Assembly: GCA_904419495.1 (NCBI GenBank)
Contig: CAJFRV010000004.1
Coordinates: 31,790 to 95,789 of the forward strand
From: an uncultured Clostridia bacterium
GTDB taxonomy: Bacteria > Bacillota > Clostridia > TANB77 > CAG-508
Length of the DNA: 64,000 bases
Direction of reading: 5' to 3'
The notes under the pieces are model-generated. The model made no database searches and was not told where the DNA came from. It saw only the letters and a program-made list of their open reading frames with translations. Every line of letters begins with the position of its first letter. Position 1 is the first letter of the stretch. This document shows positions 18,666-29,075 of the stretch, in pieces. A program made the translations under genes and the position numbers.

Positions 18666-19333
18666 ATTTTTAATTATTTACGGTTATTTTGCAAGTTGCT
18701 TTCTTTCCTCCATCTTTTGTTATCGCTGTTATCGTTGCTGTTCCTTTTCCTACTGCTGTTACCGTTCCTTCTGATACTTTCGCTACATTTTCATTACTTG
18801 AAACCCAATAAATAACTTTATCTGTTACATTACTTGGATTATAGGTTGCATAAATAACTGTTTTTTCTCCTTTTTTCATCGTCTTCTCTGTTGTTTTTAA
18901 GCTAATACCTTTCATTTGCGTGTTTTTATCTACAACGATAATTTGACAACTTGCTGTTTTTCCTCCGTCTCTTGATGTTGCTGTAATAGTTGCTACTCCA
19001 GTTCCTACTGCTGTTACATTTCCTTCTGATACTTTGGCCACACTGGTATTACTTGATTTCCAATATAATACTTTGTCAGTTACATTACTTGGATTATAGG
19101 TTGCATAAATCGTTTTACTACTTCCTTTTGTCAGAATTTCCATGGTGCTATTTAATGTTAGCTTCTCTAACTTTACAGTTGTTCCATTTCCTACTGTCAC
19201 TTTACAGGTTGCTGTTTTTCCTCCATCTCTTGATTTTGCTGTAATCGTTGCTGTTCCATTTCCTACTGCTGTTACAACACCTTCTGATACAGTTGCTACT
19301 TTTGTATTACTTGATGACCAGTATAACACTTTG

Positions 19334-19357
19334 TCTGTCACATTATCTGTCACATTA
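19334..19357. repeat. 12-nt perfect tandem duplication (TCTGTCACATTA x2), in frame (NVTD NVTD)
   Basis: Read directly: 19334-19345 equals 19346-19357. Confidence 0.9.
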
Positions 19358-19605
19358 CTTGGATTATATACAGCATATATTGTTGTCTTTTCTCCTTTAT
19401 TCATTGTCAAATTTGTCGTTTTTAAGCTTAGACTTTCTAGTGAAATTGTTCCATTTCCTACTGTTACTTTGCAGGTTGCCGTTTTTCCTCCATCTCTTGA
19501 TTTCGCTGTGATGGTTGCTGTTCCATTTCCTACTGCTGTTACAACACCTTCTGATACAGTTGCTACTTTTGTATTACTTGATGACCAGTATAACACTTTG
19601 TCTGT

Positions 19606-19619
19606 CACATTACACATTA
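19606..19619. repeat. 7-nt perfect tandem duplication (CACATTA x2) that causes the frameshift
   Basis: Read directly. It creates the TAA at 19610-19612 (minus strand). Confidence 0.9.
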
Positions 19620-21565
19620 CTTGGATTATATGTCGCATAAATAACTGCCTTTTCTCCTTGTTTCATAGTTAAATTTGTTGTTTTTAAGCTAATACTTTCT
19701 AATTCCACTATTCCATTGTCTACTGTTACTTTACAGGTTGCTGTCTTTCCTCCATCTCTTGATGTAGCTGTTATGGTTGCTGTTCCTTCTCCTACTGCTT
19801 TGATTGTTCCTTCTGATACAGTTGCTACTTTTTCATTACTTGATTTCCAATATAATACCTTATCTGTTGCATTACTTGGATGATAAGTAACTCCTAACCA
19901 ACCTGTTTCTCCTACTTTTAATTTCATAGTACTATTCATGGTAATAGATTCTAATCCAATAAAATCAGGATCATTTACAGTTACTTTACAGGTTGCTGTT
20001 TTTCCTCCATCTCTTGATGTTGCTGTTAGTGTTGCTGTTCCTCTTCCTACTGCTTTGATTGTTCCTTCTGATACAGTTGCTACTTTTTCATTACTTGATT
20101 TCCATGTTAATACTTTATCGCTTGCATCACTTGGATTATAGGTAACTCCTACCCAGCCTTCTTCTCCAACATCTAATTCTATATTTTGTTGATTCATCTT
20201 AATAGATTGTAATGCTTTATCAATTTTAGTTACAATTACTTTACAAGTTGCTGTTTTTCCTCCGTCTCTTGATGTTGCCGTTATCGTTGCTGTTCCTTCT
20301 CCTACTGCTGTTACATTTCCTTCTGATACTTTTGCAACCTTTTCATTGCTTGATGTCCAATATAATACTTTATCTGTTACATTACTTGGTGTATATGCTG
20401 CACCAATATATCCTGTTTTTGTTGTTGCTTGTTCTCCTACTTGTAAATTTAATTCTGTTGTATATAGTGATATAGATTGTAGTTTTATGTCATGAGGTTG
20501 TGGGTTAGATTCTGGCATATCGTTATATACTGGTATAATAAATGTAATTTCATTATCCAAACTATCTTTATACAAGTCATAATTTGAATATGATTGATTT
20601 GTTGGATCTTGGACATTTGTCATATATTGATGCCAGAATAAATCATCTTCATCTACCACTTGGCTTTGACCATCTTTTAAAATTTTCGTTCCAACAACAT
20701 CCCATTTATTAAAATATGCTGTGTTTTGTCCAGCCTCTATGTATTTTTTTCCGATTAATTTTGCTCCACCAATGATTGCTTTATATTGACTATCCCATCC
20801 TTGTTCTTTCGCATAAGCTAATCCATTTGCAATAGGATCCCCTGTATCATATGCTCCATAATTAAAGAAATTATAATATCCTTCATAACCTGCATATGTA
20901 CCGCTTACAGAATCACTTCCATTCACGCCAACTTCTTGAATGATTTTACTTTTTATATAGAAAGCACTTATATTACTTTGTTTTGCCGCTTCAACAATCA
21001 TTTGTGCATAACTCATGGTTATATCATTTCCGTTAAAATCTTTACATGTGATAGTTTTGTCTAAAAATGTACCTTTTACTGATTTTTGAATAACTTCTAC
21101 TGTTTGCTGTTTTTCATTATATGAACTTTCTACAAATTGAAATATATTTTTCTCATTTAAAAAATTTCGAGGATCTAAATAATAAGCCACAATAGCATCT
21201 GAAGCACATGCATACCCATTATCATCTTCAAAATCACAATGTTTCCAACTCAAGTCTGAGCTTACATGGACACGATTTCTATGGATGCTTTCATCTCCTC
21301 TTTCTTTTTCAATTAACTCATCCCAGTTAATTCCTGTATAATATGCTTGGAAATTCCAATTTGGATACTTCTCAGCTAATACCTTCAATTTTTGTTGATA
21401 GTCCTCTGGAAATGCAGATATTCCCGACTTTACATATTGTGCGTATTGTGCTGCGTTAACTATATATGGCATAAATATTAATGCTGTTACAACACAAAGC
21501 AATACAACCACTAATAAAACTTTTTTCATTTTTTATCACTCCTTGTCGTCTTTTGTCGTAAAGTC

Positions 21566-21595
21566 ATTATATCATTTCTTTGTTTTTTTCGTCAA
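21566..21595 (-). promoter_or_regulatory. promoter of the GH73-BIG2 gene
   Basis: TTGACG (21595-21590), 18-nt spacer, TGaTATAAT (-10 at 21571-21566). Confidence 0.5.
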
Positions 21596-21640
21596 TAAGA
21601 TTTCTCCTAAAAATATGAAAATAATACTACTCTCTTTATC

Positions 21641-21826
21641 ATTCCATGTTCCATCCCCTAAAGGTATCTATATTATATTTTTTGCTATCCCAACACTTTA
21701 CATATTCTAAATAAATCAGTTTCTAGCAAGCTGTTACTGATTTATTAAGAATATGTAGCGTGTCGGTCCCCCCCGAAACCCGCTTAAAATATAATATAGA
21801 TACCTTTAGGGAATGAAACATGGAAT
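21641..21826. repeat. 186-nt two-tier imperfect palindrome (family G)
   Basis: Outer arms of 41 nt (21641-21681 / 21786-21826); inner arms 21698-21720 / 21735-21757; a GC-rich 27-nt asymmetric bulge at 21759-21785. Confidence 0.7.
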
Positions 21827-21831
21827 TATAA

Positions 21832-21874
21832 GTAAAAAAAGATGCGACATGAATATATTTTAATCATGTCGCAT
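21832..21874 (-). terminator. intrinsic terminator of the amidase gene
   Basis: 11-bp stem 21842-21852/21864-21874 followed by T7 on the minus strand. Confidence 0.75.
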
Positions 21875-21884
21875 TTATAACTTA

Positions 21885-24158
21885 CTATTTAACTGTTATT
21901 TCACAAACTGCTGTCTTTCCTCCATCTTTTGTTATCGCTGTTATCGTTGCTGTTCCTTTTCCAACTGCTGTTACATTTCCTTCTGATACTTTGGCTACAT
22001 TTTCATTACTTGAAACCCAATAAATAACTTTATCTGTTACATTACTTGGATTGTATGTCGCGTAAATAACTGCCTTTTCTCCTTTATTCATTTCCATATT
22101 CGTAGTTTTTAATGTAATACCTGTCATTTGCGTATTTTTATCTACAACAATAATTTGACAACTTGCTGTTTTTCCTCCGTCTCTTGATGTTGCCGTAATA
22201 GTTACTACTCCGTTTCCTACTGCTGTTACATTTCCTTCTGATACTTTGGCTACATTTTCATTACTTGATTTCCAATATAATACTTTATCTGTTACATTGC
22301 TTGGATTATACACAGCATATATTGTTTTAGTACTTCCTTTTGTTAGGATTTCCATGTTACTTTTTAATGTTAATTTTTCTAGGTTTACTGTTCCGCTTCC
22401 TACTGTTACTTTACAAGTCGCCGTTTTTCCTCCATCCCTTGATTTCGCTGTTATTGTTGCTGTTCCATTTCCTACTGCCGTTACAACACCTTCTGATACA
22501 GTTGCTACTTTTGTATTACTTGATGACCAGTATAACACTTTATCTGTTACATTACTTGGGTTATATACTGCATAAACAGTCGCTTTTTCTCCTTTATTCA
22601 TAGTTAAATTTGTTGTTTTCAAACTTAAACTTTCTAGTGAAACTGTTCCATCGTCTACAGTTACTTTACAAGTTGCTGTTTTTCCTCCATCTCTTGATGT
22701 TGCTGTCAAGATGGCCGTTCCTTTTCCAACTGCCCTTACAGTTCCTTCTGATACAGTTGCTACTTTTTCATTGCTTGATTTCCATGTTAATACTTTATCT
22801 CCTGCATTACTTGGTGTATAGGTAACACCTACCCATCCTGTTTCTCCTACCTTCAAATCTAATGCTTCTGTTTTCATTATAATAGATTCTAGATTAACAA
22901 AGTCAGGATCTTGAACTGTAACTTGACAAGTTGCTACTTTTCCTCCTGCTCTAGAAATAGCTGTTAAAGTTGCTGTTCCTCTAGAAACTGGTGTAATAAC
23001 ACCTTCATGTATTTTTGCAATTTTTTCATTACTTGATGTCCAATATAATACTTTATCACTTGCATTATTTGGATTATATGTTGCACCTATCCATCCTGTC
23101 TCTCCCAATTTTACTGTAACATTTTCTTGTTTTAAGCTTATTGATTGTAAAGGTACACTTGGTTTAGTTACGAGTACTTTACAAGTTGCTAATTTTTGTC
23201 TATTTCCACTAATTGCTGTAATTATTGCTTCTCCTTGTCCTTTTGCATAAATTGTTCCTCCACTCACAGTTGCTACTGAAGCATTTGATGTATACCAGTA
23301 AACTGTTTTGTTAGAAACATTACTTGGTGCATATGTTATTGGCATAAAATATGTTGGATTTGGATTTTCATTTGTTATTTCTAAGTTTACTTCTGGTTGT
23401 TTTAATGAAATAGATTTTAATTGTGTTGTATTTTCTGACTTTTTATTTAATTGATATGCTTCTACTATTCCTCTAACATCTGCTTGTGCTAATCTTCTTA
23501 TATCTGCATCTGAATCTATAAATGTTCTATCTTGAGCATTATCAATATAACAATGTTCAACTAAAAGAGATCTTAATTCCACTCTTTGTGCATATCGAAT
23601 AATTCCATAATAATCTTGTACAACTCCACTATCATACCATTCATTTGGCTGTCCACTTCTGGTTTGTACACCATTATTTTGAATTCCTAAAGAACTAATT
23701 GAATTCAACATAATTTGTGCTGCTTCAGAAGCTTTTTGATAATATTGTACTTTTGTTTTATCTTGTGTTACCCAGATAGCAGCCCCTCTAGCACTTCCAC
23801 CAGCTCCTGAGTTAATATGCATACTAACTAATAAATCTGCATTATAACTTTTAGCAATCTCTACTCTATCATAAATACTAGGATTATCATTATATCTTGT
23901 TAAATATACTTTAACACCTTCATATTGTTCTAGTTCTTCTTTTGCGTATTGAGCAATCTTAAAGTTTACTTGGTCTTCTCTAAGACTTCCTCCCATTGCT
24001 CCCGGGTCACCTCCACCATGTCCCGGATCTAATACAATAACAAAGTCACCATTACTATTTGCTGCTTTTGATTGGTTTGGTAATATTGTGATAAGCACAA
24101 AACTGATTAACAAAATACTAAGCATAATGACTATTTTCTTTTTAACATTACTTCTCAT
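21885..24158 (-). CDS. secreted N-acetylmuramoyl-L-alanine amidase (Amidase_3) with six BIG2 repeats
   Basis: 757 aa; signal peptide; 'LDPGHGGGDPGA...SMHINS'; BIG2 units as in the neighbouring gene. Confidence 0.85.
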   Translation of the reverse strand: MRSNVKKKIVIMLSILLISFVLITILPNQSKAANSNGDFVIVLDPGHGGGDPGAMGGSLREDQVNFKIAQYAKEELEQYEGVKVYLTRYNDNPSIYDRVEIAKSYNADLLVSMHINSGAGGSARGAAIWVTQDKTKVQYYQKASEAAQIMLNSISSLGIQNNGVQTRSGQPNEWYDSGVVQDYYGIIRYAQRVELRSLLVEHCYIDNAQDRTFIDSDADIRRLAQADVRGIVEAYQLNKKSENTTQLKSISLKQPEVNLEITNENPNPTYFMPITYAPSNVSNKTVYWYTSNASVATVSGGTIYAKGQGEAIITAISGNRQKLATCKVLVTKPSVPLQSISLKQENVTVKLGETGWIGATYNPNNASDKVLYWTSSNEKIAKIHEGVITPVSRGTATLTAISRAGGKVATCQVTVQDPDFVNLESIIMKTEALDLKVGETGWVGVTYTPSNAGDKVLTWKSSNEKVATVSEGTVRAVGKGTAILTATSRDGGKTATCKVTVDDGTVSLESLSLKTTNLTMNKGEKATVYAVYNPSNVTDKVLYWSSSNTKVATVSEGVVTAVGNGTATITAKSRDGGKTATCKVTVGSGTVNLEKLTLKSNMEILTKGSTKTIYAVYNPSNVTDKVLYWKSSNENVAKVSEGNVTAVGNGVVTITATSRDGGKTASCQIIVVDKNTQMTGITLKTTNMEMNKGEKAVIYATYNPSNVTDKVIYWVSSNENVAKVSEGNVTAVGKGTATITAITKDGGKTAVCEITVK

Positions 24159-24972
24159 TTTTCATCTTCCTTCCTTTGCATATTTTTATACTAACAATCA
24201 TTACAATGATTATTAAAACAATTCCAAGAATAATGATTGGCATATAATTTCTTTTATTCAAATCATTATTATCAGCTTGTTCTGCTGGATTTGTGATATT
24301 TTGTTCACTTTCATTACCTGTAGGATCTTCTACTTCCATGTCTGCTTTTTTTGCTGTCAAATAATAAGTTTTAACTGTTTGTCCATCTTCAGCAGTTACT
24401 TTTATTTCTATCGTATGTGTAACATCTTTTAAATTTTCATTTCCTATCATTTCTACTGTTGCATTTTCATTTTCAGGAATCGCTTCGATTTCCAATTTTT
24501 CTAAACTTTGAGGATATTCAAAAGCATAATTAATTACATCTTTATTAAAATCTGGTGCTAATGTATATTCTCCTACTTTTAAACTTTTCAAATTTGCATT
24601 TGCCTTAGAAGCATCTCCTTTTGTAATATATACAAAATAGCTTTGGGTTGCTACACCATTTTCTGCTGTTACCTTTATTTCAAATTCATTTCTTCCCTCT
24701 TTTAGGTTTTTATCTCCTATTACCTCTACTGTTGCATTTTCATCATCTGGTATCCCTTCAATATTCGCCTGCTCTACATCATCCCCTACTGTTACAACAT
24801 ATTCTGTTGTAAACATTTCAAATGTTGGCTGAATATCTATTCCATTAATTTTTATTTCTTTTAGCATTGGATTGTTATTTCTTGTTTCTGCATATGTAAT
24901 CGGCAATAAGGCTATTAATAAAGCTATTATTAAAATACTTATCATGATTAACTTTATTGTTACTTTTTTCAC
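24148..24972 (-). CDS. surface protein with two cadherin-like beta-sandwich domains and a C-terminal TM anchor
   Basis: 274 aa; signal peptide; twice 'L..L.V......P.F......Y.........L.IE.IP.DENATVE.IG..NLK.G.....I.VTAE.G....Y'; C-terminal hydrophobic helix. Confidence 0.55.
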   Translation of the reverse strand: MKKVTIKLIMISILIIALLIALLPITYAETRNNNPMLKEIKINGIDIQPTFEMFTTEYVVTVGDDVEQANIEGIPDDENATVEVIGDKNLKEGRNEFEIKVTAENGVATQSYFVYITKGDASKANANLKSLKVGEYTLAPDFNKDVINYAFEYPQSLEKLEIEAIPENENATVEMIGNENLKDVTHTIEIKVTAEDGQTVKTYYLTAKKADMEVEDPTGNESEQNITNPAEQADNNDLNKRNYMPIIILGIVLIIIVMIVSIKICKGRKMKNEK

Positions 24973-25016
24973 GATATTCCCTCCCCTTTTCTATTCTATC
25001 TATATCTAGTCTACGA

Positions 25017-25949
25017 TTATGTGCAAATTTTGTCAATAGATTCTACTTTATTTTTAAATTGGTAACTTTTTACAAGACCGGGAATAAATAATATGCCATA
25101 TAACACCTTGTTTTTGAAACCTTTGATATCTTTTATATGATATTGTTTGGTTAAATAGCTAAATAAAATATAGTGTTTAATCACATACAATCGTTTCTTC
25201 AATGGTACACCTGCCATGTCATGCTGTTCTAGTATTTCTTTAAAGTATTGAAAATGTCCATAAGGATTTTCTTTGAAAATTTTTTGTATATTTTTTGTAT
25301 ATCCATCCTTTTTATAGTCACATATCATAATCGGTTTATTAATGCATTTCATTTTATATTTCAAATCCATTTCATGATACATTCTTGCTTCTGTTGAAAA
25401 CTTCTCATGATTTTCAATTTTATAGTGATATTGTTTTCGAATATTAGCAAAAAACACAATTGCTTTTTCTCCTGTTTCTTGTTCTTTAAAATATAAATCA
25501 AACATTGTAGTTTCTTCTTTTTGAAATGTATTTCCTATATTGTTTCCTTCTATATCATATTTTAAGAAACATAAACCATATAAATCATCTCTTTTTTTCG
25601 TTTCGTTATATGCTTGTAATATATCATAAAATGCAGTCTCTGAAAATATATCGTCAGAATCGCATTCTACAATCAAATCTCCATTTGCATAATGTATTAC
25701 ATGATTAATAGCTGCCATTTTTCCTTGATTTTCTTGTTTATGATATTGTATTTCAAATACATTTTCACGAATATACTGATTGATGACCTCTTCTGTATTG
25801 TCTGTAGAGCCATCGTCTATTATCAGCCATTGTGTTTGTACATTTTGTCGTACTTCTTCATTTTGTTCTAAGTTTTTGACAATACTTTTATATAGGCTGT
25901 CAAGCATATTAGCTCTGTTATATGTTGGTGTAATAATGGATAATTTCAT
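25017..25949 (-). CDS. GT2 family glycosyltransferase
   Basis: 'SIITPTYNR', 'IDDGSTDNT', 'CDSDD'. Confidence 0.7.
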   Translation of the reverse strand: MKLSIITPTYNRANMLDSLYKSIVKNLEQNEEVRQNVQTQWLIIDDGSTDNTEEVINQYIRENVFEIQYHKQENQGKMAAINHVIHYANGDLIVECDSDDIFSETAFYDILQAYNETKKRDDLYGLCFLKYDIEGNNIGNTFQKEETTMFDLYFKEQETGEKAIVFFANIRKQYHYKIENHEKFSTEARMYHEMDLKYKMKCINKPIMICDYKKDGYTKNIQKIFKENPYGHFQYFKEILEQHDMAGVPLKKRLYVIKHYILFSYLTKQYHIKDIKGFKNKVLYGILFIPGLVKSYQFKNKVESIDKICT

Positions 25950-25950
25950 A

Positions 25951-27069
25951 TTATTCTTCCTTTAATAAATTTTCTAATTCTTTTATGATGTGTTGATTAT
26001 CATAGGTTTGCTTTTCATCTTGTATTACTTTTAGATGATTCTCTATGACATATTTTAATTTATTATAAATTTCATGTTCTTCATTTTCTACAATAATTGC
26101 ATTTTTATAATTTTCAACCGCTTCTCTTGCTGCTGTATTCGTAATGATAATTGGTTTATTTAAAATTTTTGCCTCTTCTAAGACCATTCCATATCCTTCA
26201 AACTTAGAAAGTAAACAAAACATATCTGCCTGTTTCATATAAGGATATGGATTTTCTTTTGCTCCTAGTAAGAAAAATGTTTTTTGTAAATGTTCTTCTT
26301 TTATGATATTTTCTAATTTTTGTCTTTCTGGTCCATCACCAATGATGTAAAATTTATTTGCATAATGATTTGCAATTAATTCTCTATGAATACGGATTAG
26401 TCTGTCAATTCCTTTTTGTTCTACCAATCTTGCAACAGTTAAAAAATTCATTTGTTCATGATCAAATTTGAAATCAATCTTTTCTTCTGATTTTTTAATA
26501 ACTTTTTCAGAGTCTATGTAGTTATAAATGACAGTTTCTGATGGCTTCATATTTGGATATCGTATGTCAAATACCTTTTTATTATCTTGACTCACAAAAA
26601 TTAATTTTTGATATTTATTATAAATTGTTCTATCAATGATTTGTTTTATTTTCGCTTTTATACTATTTCCATATACCTTTGAAATATCATTATGTATCCA
26701 AGCTATTTTTTTTGTTTTTACATTTTTTATACTGAATAATCTAGTAATTGGACCTTCTAAAAATGCCACTTCTACATCATAATCACCTTGTATATATTTT
26801 TGATAAAATTTTTTTTGAAAAAGTAATATTTTTAGTGGTATGATCATTTTTTGTAATTTTGTTAATTCTTTATATGTATTATTAAATATTCTTTTTATCT
26901 TTATATTCTCGTTTAAATCTTCTTCCAGTTCTCCTTTTCCATAGATAGTAAATATAGTGATATCAAACGTATCACTCAATTTATTTACCATATCTACTAA
27001 GACTCTTTCTGCTCCACCCAAAGTCAAACTGGTTATTCCAAATAGTACTTTTTTCACGTCTACTATCAT
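25951..27069 (-). CDS. GT4 (GT1-fold) glycosyltransferase
   Basis: 'GGAERV' N-terminus and C-terminal 'SKFEGYGMVLEEA'. Confidence 0.75.
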   Translation of the reverse strand: MIVDVKKVLFGITSLTLGGAERVLVDMVNKLSDTFDITIFTIYGKGELEEDLNENIKIKRIFNNTYKELTKLQKMIIPLKILLFQKKFYQKYIQGDYDVEVAFLEGPITRLFSIKNVKTKKIAWIHNDISKVYGNSIKAKIKQIIDRTIYNKYQKLIFVSQDNKKVFDIRYPNMKPSETVIYNYIDSEKVIKKSEEKIDFKFDHEQMNFLTVARLVEQKGIDRLIRIHRELIANHYANKFYIIGDGPERQKLENIIKEEHLQKTFFLLGAKENPYPYMKQADMFCLLSKFEGYGMVLEEAKILNKPIIITNTAAREAVENYKNAIIVENEEHEIYNKLKYVIENHLKVIQDEKQTYDNQHIIKELENLLKEE

Positions 27070-27103
27070 TCCTTTCTCATCCTGTAATTAAGGTTAGGAA
27101 AGA

Positions 27104-28090
27104 CTAAACAAATTTTTCTTGCAATTTATCTCTTATAAATTTCACTCTTGCTAAGCCTGTATATATTTTTAATGTCAGATTATTTACTGTTTTCATATAC
27201 AAATTTTTTAATCCCTTTTCTTGTAAATATTTATTTTCTTTCCATTCTGGAAATTGATGATTTAAAGCTTCCCATGCTAAATGAATTATTTCTTTTCTTT
27301 CTTTTTTGTTTTCTATCATAACCATTCTTAACATAGAACTACACAATATATATCTTGCATATGTATATTCTATTTCTTCTTTATATTCTGCAAATAAATT
27401 GTTTGTTTTATAATATGTAATTACATGATCTAAAACATCTAGTATTTCTTTTGTCCTTGTATTTTGTACATTAGATATAGAATTTTCTCTTTGCACATAA
27501 TGAATAAACGGTTTCTCAACAATTCCATAATTTTGTATATATGGTAATAATTTATAGAAAAATTCAACATCTTCATATCGATAGCCTTTTGGGAATTCTA
27601 AGTGATTTTCCTGTATAATTTCTCTTTTGATTAATTTATTCCATGCAACCACTCTTGTATAAAGAAACATTTCTTTTTTATTGGTATATGTTTTCCCCTT
27701 ACTTTCTAAAACCTTATCTGGGTATTCCCATAAGAAATCACATTCGACATAATCTAAATTTTTTTCTTTTGCTTTACGATACATTTCTTCATACATATTG
27801 ATTTCAACATAATCATCTGAGTCTAAAAAGGCTATATATTCTCCTTTGGCATAATGAATGGCATAATTTCTGGCATCTGATAAGCCCCCATTTTCTTTTT
27901 CTAAGTAGATGATTTTGTTTGGATATTTTTCTACAAATTGTTTTGCAATCATTTCTGAAGTATCTTTACTTCCATCATTGACAAGCAAGATTTCAATATC
28001 TTCTAAAGTTTGATTTACCAAAGATTCTAAACATTTTTCTATATAATTTTCTACATTATAAAATGGAACAATGATACTAACCTTTATCAT
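27104..28090 (-). CDS. GT2 family glycosyltransferase
   Basis: 'SIIVPFYNVE', 'VNDGSKDTS', 'LDSDDY'. Confidence 0.75.
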   Translation of the reverse strand: MIKVSIIVPFYNVENYIEKCLESLVNQTLEDIEILLVNDGSKDTSEMIAKQFVEKYPNKIIYLEKENGGLSDARNYAIHYAKGEYIAFLDSDDYVEINMYEEMYRKAKEKNLDYVECDFLWEYPDKVLESKGKTYTNKKEMFLYTRVVAWNKLIKREIIQENHLEFPKGYRYEDVEFFYKLLPYIQNYGIVEKPFIHYVQRENSISNVQNTRTKEILDVLDHVITYYKTNNLFAEYKEEIEYTYARYILCSSMLRMVMIENKKERKEIIHLAWEALNHQFPEWKENKYLQEKGLKNLYMKTVNNLTLKIYTGLARVKFIRDKLQEKFV

Positions 28091-29061
28091 GATTTAACCT
28101 TTCTTCTTAAATTTAAATACCATTTGATATTCAAACTTAAAATCATTTTTCTTAGCAATTGTTTTATATTTTTTACTTTAATATTTTTTGTCATTTTTCT
28201 TTTTCTAATTTCTTTGATGTATTCCTTCTGATCCTTTTTTTCTAAGGTTTCTATTTTTAATAATATCGCATTTGTATAATAAATTTTCAATGTTTCAGCT
28301 ATTTTTTTGTTTAATTTATATCTATCAATTTTCATCAGAGCTTCATCATATTGTTTTAAAGCATCCTTTGCTTTTTTCTTTGTTTTTTCATAACTATCAT
28401 TTCGTGTAATACTTCCTTCTACTTGCACATAGTGGTAGCCATAAAAATTAATTGAAATCATCGTTTTAGCAAGTACAATCACAAATGGCATTAATCCAAA
28501 ATCTTCATGCTCTGTTCCTACTTTAAATTCTAGTTTGTTTTTTATAAAAATATCTCTTTTAATGACATATACACATGGTGAATCTAATAACACATCTGTA
28601 GCATATAATTCTTCAAAACCTTCTTCTCCTGTTTTATTCTCAAATACAGGTCCATTTACTGTTTCTATAACGTTTCCTTTTTCATCTTCTCTTTGTAATT
28701 TAAATTTAATTAGGTCAATATCCTTTTCCATGTATTGTTTTACTAATCCATATAAATGAATATCTAGATAATCATCTGCGTCAAGGAATAAAATATATTT
28801 TCCCTTTGCTTTTTTGATTCCATAATTTCTTGTATCTGCTACGCCTGTATTTTTCTTTTGATAGTAAGAAATAATTTTTGGATTTTTTTCTTTGTATTCT
28901 TGTACAATGTTATCTGATGCATCTGTACTTCCATCATTAATCATAATAATTTCTATATCCTCGTCTTTTTGTTTTAAAACAGATTCTATACACCTTTTTA
29001 ATGTTTTTTCCCCATTATATACGGGAATGATGACACTTAATTTTTTCAATATTCTCTCCAT
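28087..29061 (-). CDS. GT2 family glycosyltransferase
   Basis: 'SVIIPVYNGE', 'INDGSTDAS', 'LDADDY'; 4-nt overlap with the downstream gene. Confidence 0.75.
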   Translation of the reverse strand: MERILKKLSVIIPVYNGEKTLKRCIESVLKQKDEDIEIIMINDGSTDASDNIVQEYKEKNPKIISYYQKKNTGVADTRNYGIKKAKGKYILFLDADDYLDIHLYGLVKQYMEKDIDLIKFKLQREDEKGNVIETVNGPVFENKTGEEGFEELYATDVLLDSPCVYVIKRDIFIKNKLEFKVGTEHEDFGLMPFVIVLAKTMISINFYGYHYVQVEGSITRNDSYEKTKKKAKDALKQYDEALMKIDRYKLNKKIAETLKIYYTNAILLKIETLEKKDQKEYIKEIRKRKMTKNIKVKNIKQLLRKMILSLNIKWYLNLRRKVKS

Positions 29062-29075
29062 CTTTCTTTTATTAT

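Larger units (their letters stand above)
18670..21529 (-). pseudogene. secreted GH73-like N-acetylglucosaminidase with about seven BIG2 repeats, split into two ORFs by a 7-nt tandem duplication
   Basis: Signal peptide; glucosaminidase-like block 'YIKSKIIQEVG...YYNFFNYGAYD'; BIG2 units 'V.YW.SSN..VA.VSEG.VTAVG.GTATITA.SRDGGKTA.C'. ORF 19610-21529 stops inside a repeat unit, and ORF 18670-19638 continues that unit in the +1 frame. Confidence 0.8.

Noticed and set aside
19142-19672. Plus-strand ORFs of 60-176 aa across the BIG2 regions (for example 19142-19672, 22246-22575, 18990-19244, 20248-20475).
   Set aside because: They are antisense shadows of the repetitive minus-strand BIG2 coding sequence. 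They have low-complexity L/F/V/T-rich products, no SD, and the repeat periodicity of the opposite strand.
18670-23170. Regularly spaced ~255-nt DNA repeats, considered as a possible CRISPR array or satellite.
   Set aside because: The period is far too long for CRISPR. The units are in frame and encode BIG2 domains, and there are no spacer-like unique segments or cas genes.
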